Shown one piece after another: positions 49,380 to 61,300 of a DNA stretch of 64,000 bases. This stretch comes from Eledone cirrhosa. Its lineage: Eukaryota. The stretch's first letter is position 1; the number at the start of each line of letters is the position of its first letter. The position numbers and the translations under genes were made by a program. Under the pieces are notes generated by a model. The model searched no databases, was not told where the DNA came from, and saw only the letters and a list, made by a program, of their open reading frames with translations. Location of the stretch: contig OZ024741.1 of the NCBI GenBank assembly GCA_964016885.1, forward strand, positions 3,906,001 to 3,970,000, in the 5' to 3' direction.

Positions 49380-52300
49380 GATGCAGTGTCGCGACAGCTA
49401 ACAACTGATGTAGGTAGTTTGATCCATGGAGGTTTTAAAGGATCTAGTGTCTCGACAGCTAACAACTGATGCAGGTAGTTTGTTCCATGGAGGTTTTAAA
49501 GGATGCAGTGTCTCCACAGCTAACAAAAGAAGCAGGTAGTTTGTTTCATAGAGGTTTTAAAGGATGCAGTATCTCGACAGCTAACAACTGGTGCAGGTAG
49601 TTTGTTCCATGGATGTTTTAAAGGATTCAGTGTCTCAACAGCTAACAACTGATGCAGGTAGTTTGTTCCATGGAGGTTTTAATGGATCTAGTGTCTCGAC
49701 AGCAAACAGCTGACGCAGGTAGTTTGTTCCATGGTGGTTTTAATGGATCCAGTGTCTCGACAGCTATCAACTGATGTAGGTAGTTTGTTCCATGGAGGTT
49801 TTAAAGGATGCAGTGTCTCGACAGCTAACAACTGGTGCAGGTAGATTGTTCCATGGAGGTTTTAAAGGATGCAGTGTCTCGACAGCTAACAACTGATGCA
49901 GGTAGTTTGTTCCATGGAGGTTTTAAAGGATTCAGTGTCTCAACAGCTAACAACTGGTGCAGGTAGTTTGTTCCATGGAGGTTTTAAAGGATTCAGTGTC
50001 TCGAGAGATAACAACTGATGCAGGTAGTTTGTTCCATGGAGGTTTTAAAGGATTCAGTGTCTCAACAGCTAACAACTGGTGCAGGTAGTTTGTTCCATGG
50101 AGGTTTTAAAGGATGCAGTGTCTCGACAGCTAACAACTGATGCAGGTAGTTTGTTCCATGGAGGTTTTAAAGGATTCAGTGTCTCAATAGCTAACAACTG
50201 GTGCAGGTAGTTTGTTCCATGGAGGTTTTAAAGGAATCAGTGTCTCGACAGCTAACAACTGATGCAGGTAGTTTGTTCCATGGATGTTTTAAAGGATGCA
50301 GTGTCTCGACAGCTAACAACTGATGCAGGTAGTTTGTTCCATGGAGGTTTTAAAGGATTCAGTGTCTCAATAGCTAACAACTGGTGCAGGTAGTTTGTTC
50401 CATGGAGGTTTTAAAGGATTCAGTGTCTCGACAGCTAACAACTGATGCAGGTAGTTTGTTCCATGGATGTTTTAAAGGATTCAGTGTCTCAACAGCTAAC
50501 AACTGGTGCAGGTAGTTTGTTCCATGGAGGTTTTAAAGGATGCAGTGTCTCGACAGCTAACAACTGATGCAGGTAGTTTGCTCCATGGAGGTTTTAAAGG
50601 ATGCAGTGTCTCGACAGCTAACAACTGATGCAGGTAGTTTGTTCCATGGAGGTTTTAAAGGATTCAGTGTCTCAACAGCTAACAACTGGTGCAGGTAGAT
50701 TGTTCCATGGAGATTTTCATGGATCCAGTGTCTCGACAGCTAACAACTGATGCTGGTAGTTTGTTCCATGTAGGTTTTAAAGGATCCAGTGTCTCGACAG
50801 CTAACAACTGATGCAGGTAGTTTGTTCCATGGATGTTTTAAAGGATTCAGTGTCTCAACAGCTAACAACTGATGCAGGTAGTTTGTTCCATAGAGGTTTT
50901 AAAGGATGCAGTGTCTCGACAGCTAACAACTGATGCAGGTAGTTTGTTCCATGGAGGTTTTAAAGGATGCAGTGTCTCGACAGCTAACAACTGATGCAGG
51001 TAGTTTGTTCCATAGAGGTTTTAAAGGATGCAGTGTCTCGACAGCTAACAACTGATGCTGGTAGTTTGTTCCATGTAGGTTTTAAAGGATGCAGTGTCTC
51101 GACAGCTAACAACTGATGCTGGTAGTTTGTTCCATGGAGGTTTTAAAGGATGCAGTGTCTCGACAGCTAACAACTGATGCAGGTAGTTTGTTCCATAGAG
51201 GTTTTAAAGGATGCAGTGTCTCGACAGCTAACAACTGATGCTGGTAGTTTGTTCCATGGAGGTTTTAAAGGATGCAGTGTCTCGACAGCTAACAACTGAT
51301 GCTGGTCGTTTGTTCCATGGAGGTTTTAAAAGATCCAGTGTCTCGACAGCTAACAACTGATGCAGGTAGTTTGTTCCATGGAGGTTTTAAAGTATGCAGT
51401 GTCTCGACAGCTAACAACTGATGCAGGTAGTTTGTTCCATGGAGGTTTTAAAGGATGCAGTGTCTCGACAGCTAACAACTGATGCTGGTAGTTTGTTCCA
51501 TGTAGGTTTTAAAGGATCCAGTGTCTCGACAGCTAACAACTGATGCAGGTAGTTTGTTCCATAGAGGTTTTAAAGGATCCAGTGTCTCGACAGCTAACAA
51601 CTGATGCTGGTAGTTTGTTCCATGTAGGTTTTAAAGGATCCAGTGTCTCGACAGCTAACAACTGATGCTGGTAGTTTGTTCCATGGAGGTTTTAAAGGAT
51701 GCAGTGTCTCGACAGCTAACAACTGATGCAGGTAGTTTGTTCCATAGAGGTTTTAAAGGATGCAGTGTCTCGACAGCTAACAACTGATGCTGGTAGTTTG
51801 TTCCATGGAGGTTTTAAAGGATGCAGTGTCTCGACAGCTAACAACTGATGCAGGTAGTTTGTTCCATGGAGGTTTTAAAGGATCCAGTGTCTCGACAGCT
51901 AACAACTGATGCAGGTAGTTTGTTCCATAGAGGTTTTAAAGGATGCAGTGACTCGACAGCTAACAACTGATGCTGGTAGTTTGTTCCATGGAGGTTTTAA
52001 AGGATGCAGTGTCTCGACAGCTAACAACTGATGCTGGTAGTTTGTTCCATGTAGGTTTTAAAGGATCCAGTGTCTCGACAGCTAACAACTGATGCAGGTA
52101 GTTTGTTCCTTAGAGGTTTTAAAGGATCCAGTGTCTCGACAGCTAACAACTGATGCAGATAGTTTGTTCCATAGAAGTTTTAAAGGATGCAGTGTCCGGA
52201 CAGCTAACAACTGATGGAGGTAGTTTGTTCCATAGAGGTTTTAAAGGATGCAGTGTCTCGACAGCTAACAACTGATGCTGGTAGTTTGTTCCATGGAGGT

Positions 52301-55300
52301 TTTAAAGGATGCAGTGTCTCGACAGCTAACAACTGATGCTGGTAGTTTGTTCCATGGAGGTTTTAAAGGATGCAGTGTCTCGACAGCTAACAACTGATGC
52401 AGGTAGTTTGTTCCATGGATGTTTTAAAGGATTCAGTGTCTCGACAGCTAACAACTGATGCAGGTAGTTTGATCCATGGAGGTTTTAAAGGATGCAGAGT
52501 CTCGACAGCTAACAACTGATGCTGGTAGTTTGTTCCATGGAGGTTTTAAAGGATCCAGTGTCTCGACAGCTAACAACTGATGCAGGTAGTTTGTTCCATG
52601 GATGTTTTAAAGGATGCAGTGTCTCGACAGCTAACAACTGATGCTGGTAGTTTGTTCCATGGATGTTTTAAAGGATTCAGTGTCTCAACAGCTAACAACT
52701 GATGCAGGTAGTTTGTTCCATGGAGGTTTTAAAGGATGCAGTGTCTCGACAGCTAACAACTGATGCTGGTAGTTTGTTCCATGGAGGTTTTAAAGGATGC
52801 AGTGTCTCGACAGCTAACAACTGATGCTGGTAGTTTGTTCCATGGAGGTTTGAAAGGATGTAGTGTCTCGTCAGCTAACAACTGGTGCAGCTAGTTTGAT
52901 TCATGGAGGTTTTAAAGGATGCAGTGTCTCGTCAGCTAACAACTGGTGCAGGTAGTTTGATCCATGGAGGTTTTAAAGGATGCAGTATCTCGACAGCTTA
53001 CAACTGATGCAGGTAGTTAGTTACATGGAGATTTTAAAGGATGCAGTGTCTCGACAGCTAACAACTGATGCAGGTAGTTTGTTCCATAGAGGTTTTAAAG
53101 GATGCAGTGTCTCGACAGCTAACAACTGGTGCAGGTAGATTGTTCCATGGAGATTTTAATGGATCCAGTATCTCGACAGCTAACAACTGATGCCGGTAGT
53201 TTATTCCATTGAGGTTTTAAAGGATGCAGTGTCTCGACAGCTAACAACTGATGCAGGTAGTTTGTTCCATGGAGGTTTTAAAGGATGCAGTGTCTCGACA
53301 GCTAACAACTGATGATGGTAGTTTGTTCCATGGAGGTTTTAAAGGATGCAGTGTCTCGTCAGCTAAAAACTGGTGCAGGTAGTTTGATCCATGGAGGTTT
53401 TAAAGGATCCAGTGTCTCGACAGCTAACAACTGATGCAGATAGTTTGTTCCATGCATGTTTTCAAGGATTCAGTGTCTCAACAGCTAACAACTGATGCAG
53501 GTAGTTTGTTCCATGGAGGTTTTAAAGGATCCAGTGTCTTGCCAGCTAACAACTGATGGAGGTAGTTTGTTCCATGGAGGTTTTAAAGGATGCAGTGTCT
53601 CGACAGCTAACAACTGATGCTGGTAGTTTGTTCCATGGAGGTTTTAAAGGATGCAGTGTCTCGACAGCTAACAGCTGATGCTGGTAGTTTGTTCCATGGA
53701 GGTTTTAAAGGATCCAGTGTCTCAACAGCTAACAACTGATGCAGGTAGTTTGTTCCATGGATGTTTTAAAGGATTCAGTGTCTCAACAGCTAACAACTGA
53801 TGCAGGTAGTTTGTTCCATGGATGTTTTAAAGGATTCAGTGTCTCGACAGCTAACAACTGATGCTGGTAGTTTGTTTCATGGAGGTTTTAAAGGATCCAG
53901 TGTCTCGCCAGCTAACAACTGATGGAGGAAGTTTGTTCCATGGAGGTTTGAAAGGATGCAGTGTGTCGTCAGCTAACAACTGGTGCAGCTAGTTTGATTC
54001 ATGGAGGTTTTAAAGGATGCAGTGTCTCGTCAGCTAACAACTGGTGCAGGTAGTTTGATCCATGGAGGTTTTAAAGGATGCAGTGTCTCGACAGCTAACA
54101 ACTGATGCAGGTAGTTTGATCCATGGAGGTTTTAAAGGATGCAGTGTCTCGACAGCTAACAACTGATGGTGGTAGTTTGTTCCATGGAGGTTTTAAAGGA
54201 TCCATTGTCTCAACAGCTAACAACTGATGCAGGTAGTTTGTTCCATGGATGTTTTAAAGGATGCAGTGTCTCGACAGCTAACAACTGATGCTGGTAGTTT
54301 GTTCTATGGAGGTTTTAAAGGATGCAGTGTCTCGACAGCTAACAACTGATGCTGGTAGTTTGTTCCATGGAGGTTTTAAAGGATGCAGTGTCTCGACAGC
54401 TAACAACTGATGCTGGTAGTTTGTTCCATGGAGGTTTGAAAGGATGCAGTGTCTCGTCAGCTAACAACTGGTGCAGCTAGTTTGATTCATGGAGGTTTTA
54501 AAGGATGCAGTGTCTCGTCAGCTAACAACTGGTGCAGGTAGTTTGATCCATGGAGGTTTTAAAGGATGCAGAGTCTCGACAGCTAACAACTGATGCTGGT
54601 AGTTTGTTCCATGGAGGTTTTAAAGCATCCAGTGTCTCGACAGCTAACAACTGATACAGGTCGTTTGTTCCATGGATGTTTTAAAGGATGCAGTGTCTCG
54701 ACAGCTAACAACTGATGCTGGTAGTTTGTTCCATGGAGGTTTTAAAGGATCCAGTGTCTCAACAGCTAACAACTGATGCAGGTAGTTTGTTCCATGGATG
54801 TTTTAAAGGATTCAGTGTCTCAACAGCTAACAACTGATGCAGGTAGTTTGTTCCATGGAGGTTTTAAAGGATGCAGTGTCTCGACAGCTAACAACTGATG
54901 CTGGTAGTTTGTTCCATGGAGGTTTTAAAGGATGCAGTGTCTCGACAGCTAACAACTGATGCTGGTAGTTTGTTCCATGGAGGTTTGAAAGGATGCAGTG
55001 TCTCGTCAGCTAACAACTGGTGCAGCTAGTTTGATTCATGGAGGTTTTAAAGGATGCAGTGTCTCGTCAGCTAACAACTGGTGCAGGTAGTATGTTCCAT
55101 GGAGGTTTTAAAGGATGCAGTGTCTCGACAGCTAACAACTGATGCAGGTAGTTTGTTCCATGGAGATTTGAAAGGATGCAGTGTCTCGACAGCTAACAAC
55201 TGATGCAGGTAGTTTGTTCCATAGAGGTTTTAAAGGATGCAGTGTCTCGACCGCTAACAACTGGTGCAGGTAGATTGTTCCATGGAGATTTTAATGGATC

Positions 55301-58300
55301 CAGTGTCTCGACAGCTAACAACTGATGCCGGTAGTTTATTCCATTGAGGTTTTAAAGGATGCAGTGTCTCGACAGCTAACAACTGATGTAGGTAGTTTGT
55401 TCCATGGAGGTTTTAAAGGATGCAGTGTCTCGACAGCTAACAACTGATGTAGGTAGTTTGTTCCATGGAGGTTTTAAAGGATGCAGTGTCTCGGCAGCTA
55501 ACAACTGATGCAGATAGTTTGTTCCATGCATGTTTTCAAGGATTCAGTGTCTCAACAGCTAACAACTGATGCAGGTAGTTTGTTCCATGGAGGTTTCAAA
55601 GGATGCAGTGTCGCGACAGCTAACAACTGATGCTGGTAGTTTGTTCCATGGAGGTTTTAAAGGATGCAGTGTCTCGACAGCTAACAACTGATGCTGGTAG
55701 TTTGTTCCATGGAGGTTTTAAAGGATCCAGTGTCTCGACAGCTAACAACTGATGCAGGTAGTTTGTTCCATGGATGTTTTAAAGGATGCAGTGTCTCGAC
55801 AGCTAACAACTGGTGCAGGTAGTTTGATCCATGGAGGTTTTAAAGGATGCAGTGTCTCGACAGCTAACAACTGATGCAGGTAGTTTGATCCATGGAGGTT
55901 TTAAAGGATGCAGTGTCTCGACAGCTAACAACTGATGGTGGTAGTTTGTTCCATGGAGGTTTTAAAGGATCCATTGTCTCAACAGCTAACAACTGATGCA
56001 GGTAGTTTGTTCCATGGATGTTTTAAAGGATGCAGTGTCTCGACAGCTAACAACTGATGCTGGTAGTTTGTTCTATGGAGGTTTTAAAGGATGCAGTGTC
56101 TCGACAGCTAACAACTGATGCTGGTAGTTTGTTCCATGGAGGTTTTAAAGGATGCAGTGTCTCGACAGCTAACAACTGATGCTGGTAGTTTGTTCCATGG
56201 AGGTTTGAAAGGATGCAGTGTCTCGTCAGCTAACAACTGGTGCAGCTAGTTTGATTCATGGAGGTTTTAAAGGATGCAGTGTCTCGTCAGCTAACAACTG
56301 GTGCAGGTAGTTTGATCCATGGAGGTTTTAAAGGATGCAGAGTCTCGACAGCTAACAACTGATGCTGGTAGTTTGTTCCATGGAGGTTTTAAAGCATCCA
56401 GTGTCTCGACAGCTAACAACTGATACAGGTCGTTTGTTCCATGGATGTTTTAAAGGATGCAGTGTCTCGACAGCTAACAACTGATGCTGGTAGTTTGTTC
56501 CATGGAGGTTTTAAAGGATCCAGTGTCTCAACAGCTAACAACTGATGCAGGTAGTTTGTTCCATGGATGTTTTAAAGGATTCAGTGTCTCAACAGCTAAC
56601 AACTGATGCAGGTAGTTTGTTCCATGGAGGTTTTAAAGGATGCAGTGTCTCGACAGCTAACAACTGATGCTGGTAGTTTGTTCCATGGAGGTTTTAAAGG
56701 ATGCAGTGTCTCGACAGCTAACAACTGATGCTGGTAGTTTGTTCCATGGAGGTTTGAAAGGATGCAGTGTCTCGTCAGCTAACAACTGGTGCAGCTAGTT
56801 TGATTCATGGAGGTTTTAAAGGATGCAGTGTCTCGTCAGCTAACAACTGGTGCAGGTAGTATGTTCCATGGAGGTTTTAAAGGATGCAGTGTCTCGACAG
56901 CTAACAACTGATGCAGGTAGTTTGTTCCATGGAGATTTGAAAGGATGCAGTGTCTCGACAGCTAACAACTGATGCAGGTAGTTTGTTCCATAGAGGTTTT
57001 AAAGGATGCAGTGTCTCGACCGCTAACAACTGGTGCAGGTAGATTGTTCCATGGAGATTTTAATGGATCCAGTGTCTCGACAGCTAACAACTGATGCCGG
57101 TAGTTTATTCCATTGAGGTTTTAAAGGATGCAGTGTCTCGACAGCTAACAACTGATGTAGGTAGTTTGTTCCATGGAGGTTTTAAAGGATGCAGTGTCTC
57201 GACAGCTAACAACTGATGTAGGTAGTTTGTTCCATGGAGGTTTTAAAGGATGCAGTGTCTCGGCAGCTAACAACTGATGCAGATAGTTTGTTCCATGCAT
57301 GTTTTCAAGGATTCAGTGTCTCAACAGCTAACAACTGATGCAGGTAGTTTGTTCCATGGAGGTTTCAAAGGATGCAGTGTCGCGACAGCTAACAACTGAT
57401 GCTGGTAGTTTGTTCCATGGAGGTTTTAAAGGATGCAGTGTCTCGACAGCTAACAACTGATGCTGGTAGTTTGTTCCATGGAGGTTTTAAAGGATCCAGT
57501 GTCTCGACAGCTAACAACTGATGCAGGTAGTTTGTTCCATGGATGTTTTAAAGGATGCAGTGTCTCGACAGCTAACAACTGATGCTGGTAGTTTGTTCCA
57601 TGGAGGTTTTAAAGGATCCAGTGTCTTGACAGCTAACAACTGATGCTGGTAGTTTGTTCCATGGAGGTTTTAAAGGATGCAGTGTCTCGTCAGCTAACAA
57701 CAGGTGCAGCTAGTTTGATTCATGGAGGTTTTAAAGGATGCAGTGTCTCGTCAGCTAACAACTGGTGCAGGTAGTTTGATCCATGGAGGTTTTAAAGGAT
57801 GCAGTGTCTCGACAGCTAACAACTGATGCAGGTAGTTTGTTCCATAGAGGTTTTAAAGGATGCAGTGTCTCGACAGCTAACAACTGGTACAGGTAGATTG
57901 TTCCATAGAGATTTTAATGGATCCAGTGTCTCGACAGCTAACAACTGATGCCGGTAGTTTATTCCATGGAGGTTTTAAAGGATGCAGTGTCTCGAAAGCT
58001 AACAACTGATGCAGGTAGTTTGTTCCATGGAGGTTTTAAAGGATGCAGTGTCTCGTCAGCTAAAAACTGGTGCAGGTAGTTTGATCCATGGAGGTTTTAA
58101 AGGATCCAGTGTCTCGACAGCTAACAACTGATGCAGGTAGTTTGTTCCATGGAGGTTTTAAAGGATGCAGTGTCTCGTCAGCTAACAACTGGTGCAGGTA
58201 GTTTGTTTCATAGAGGTTTTAAAGGATGCAGTGTCTCGACAGCTAACAACTGGTGCAGGTAGATTGTTCCATGGAGGTCTTAATGGATCTAGTGTCGCGA

Positions 58301-61300
58301 CAGCTAACAGCTGACGCAGGTAGTTTGTTCCATGGTGGTTTTAATGGATCCAGTGTCTCGACAGCTATCAACTGATGTAGGTAGTTTGTTCCATGGATGT
58401 TTTAAAGGATGCAGTGTCTCGACAGCTAACAACCGGTGCAGGTAGTGTGTTCCATGGAGGTTTTAGAGGATCCAGTGTCTCGACAGCTAACAACGGATGC
58501 TGGTAGTTTGTTCCATGGAGGTTTTAAAGGATCCAGTGTCTCGACAGCTAACAACTGATGCAGGTAGTTTGTTCCATGGATGTTTTAAAGGATGCAGTGT
58601 CTCGACAGCTAACAACTGATGCTGGTAGTTTGTTCCATGGAGGTTTTAAAGGATCCAGTGTCTTGACAGCTAACAACTGATGCTGGTAGTTTGTTCCATG
58701 GAGGTTTTAAAGGATGCAGTGTCTCGTCAGCTAACAACAGGTGCAGCTAGTTTGATTCATGGAGGTTTTAAAGGATGCAGTGTCTCGCCAGCTAACAACT
58801 GATGGAGGTAGTTTGTTCCATGGAGGTTTTAAAGGATGCAGTGTCTCGACAGCTAACAACTGATGCTGGTAGTTTGTTCCATGGAGGTTTTAAAGGATGC
58901 AGTGTCTCGCCAGCTAACAACTGATGAAGGTAGTTTGTTCCATGGAGGTTTTAAAGGATGCAGTGTCTCGACAGCTAACAACTGATGCTGGTAGTTTGTT
59001 CCATGGAGGTTTTAAAGGATTCAGTGTCTCAACAGCTAACAACTGATGGAGGAAGTTTGTTCCATGGAGGTTTTAAAGGATGCAGTGTCTCGCCAGCTAA
59101 CAACTGATGGAGGAAGTTTGTTCTATGGAGGTTTTAAAGGATGCAGTGTCTCGACAGCTAACAACTGATGCTGGTAGTTTGTTCCATGGAGGTTTTAAAG
59201 GATGCAGTGTCTCGACAGCTAACAACTGATGCTGGTAGTTTGTTCCATGGAGGTTTGAAAGGATGCAGTCTCTCGTCAGCTAACAACTGGTGCAGCTAGT
59301 TTGATTCATGGAGGTTTTAAAGGATGCAGTGTCTCGTCAGCTAACAACTGGTGCAGGTAGTTTGATCCATGGAGGTTTTAAAGGATGCAGTGTCTCGACA
59401 GCTAACAACTGATGCAGGTAGTTTGTTCCATGGGGGTTTTAAAGGATGCAGTGTCTCGACAGCTAACAACTGATGCCGGTAGTTTATTCCATGGAGGTTT
59501 TAAAGGATGCAGTGTCTCGACAGCTAACAACTGATGCAGGTAGTTTATTCCATGGAGGTTTTAAAGGATGCAGTGTCTCGACAGCTAACAACTGATGCCG
59601 GTAGTTTATTCCATGGAGGTTTTAAAGGATCAAGTGTCTCGACAGCTAACAACTGATGCAGGTAGTTTGTTCCATAGAGGTTTTAAAGGATGCAGTGTCT
59701 CGACAGCTAACAACTGGTGCAGGTTGTTTGTTCCATGGAGGTTTTAAAGGATGCAGTGTCTCGACAGCTAACAACTGATGCAGGTAGTTTGTTCCATAGA
59801 GGTTTTAAAGGATGCAGTGTCTCGACAGCTAACAACTGATGCAGGTAGTTTGTTCCATGGAGGTTTTAAAGGATGCAGTGTCTCGACAGCTAACAACTGA
59901 TGCTGATAGTTTGTTCCATGCATGTTTTCAAGGATTCAGTGTCTCAACAGCTAACAACTGATGCAGGTAGTTTGTTCCATGGAGGTTTTAAAGGATGCAG
60001 TGTCGCGACAGCTAACAACTGATGCTGGTAGTTTGTTCCATGGAGGTTTTAAAGGATCCAGTGTCTCGACAGCTAACAACTGATGCAGGTAGTTTGTTCC
60101 ATGGATGTTTTAAAGGATGCAGTGTCTCGACAGCTAACAACTGATGCTGGTAGTTTGTTCCATGGAGGTTTTAAAGGATCCAGTGTCTTGACAGCTAACA
60201 ACTGATGCTGGTAGTTTGTTCCATGGAGGTTTTAAAGGATGCAGTGTCTCGTCAGCTAACAACAGGTGCAGCTAGTTTGATTCATGGAGGTTTTAAAGGA
60301 TGTAGTGTCTCGTCAGCTAACAACTGGTGCAGGTAGTTTGATCCATGGAGGTTTTAAAGGATGCAGTGTCTCGACAGCTAACAACTGATGCAGGTAGTTT
60401 GTTCCATAGAGGTTTTAAAGGATGGAGTGTCTCGACAGCTAACAACTGGTACAGGTAGATTGTTCCATAGAGATTTTAATGGATCCAGTGTCTCGACAGC
60501 TAACAACTGATGCCGGTAGTTTATTCCATGGAGGTTTTAAAGGATGCAGTGTCTCGAAAGCTAACAACTGATGCAGGTAGTTTGTTTCATGGAGGTTTTA
60601 AAGGATGCAGTGTCTCGTCAGCTAAAAACTGGTGCAGGTAGTTTGATCCATGGAGGTTTTAAAGGATCCAGTGTCTCGACAGCTAACAACTGATGCAGGT
60701 AGTTTGTTCCATGGAGGTTTTAAAGGATGCAGGGTCTCCACAGCTAACAAAAGAAGCAGGTAGTTTGTTTCATAGAGGTTTTAAAGGATGCAGTGTCTCG
60801 ACAGCTAACAACTGGTGCAGGTAGATTGTTCCATGGAGGTCTTAATGGATCTAGTGTCGCGACAGCTAACAGCTGACGCAGGTAGTTTGTTCCATGGTTG
60901 TTTTAATGGATCCAGTGTCTCGACAGCTATCAACTGATGTAGGTAGTTTGTTCCATGGATGTTTTAAAGGATGCAGTGTCTCGACAGCTAACAACCGGTG
61001 CAGGTAGTGTGTTCCATGGAGGTTTTAAAGGATCCAGTGTCTCGACAGCTAACAACTGATGCTGGTAGTTTGTTCCATGGAGGTTTTAAAGGATGCAGTG
61101 TCTCGCCAGCTAACAACTGATGGAGGTAGTTTGTTCCATGGAGGTTTTAAAGGATGCAGTGTCTCGACAACTAACAACTGATGCTGGTAGTTTGTTCCAT
61201 GGAGGTTTTAAAGGATGCAGTGTCTCGCCAGCTAACAACTGATGAAGGTAGTTTGTTCCATGGAGGTTTTAAAGGATGCAGTGTCTCGACAGCTAACAAC

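Noticed and set aside
49281-49469. 62-aa ORF spanning the 3' LTR and satellite
   Set aside because: A chimeric junction frame with a non-ATG start.
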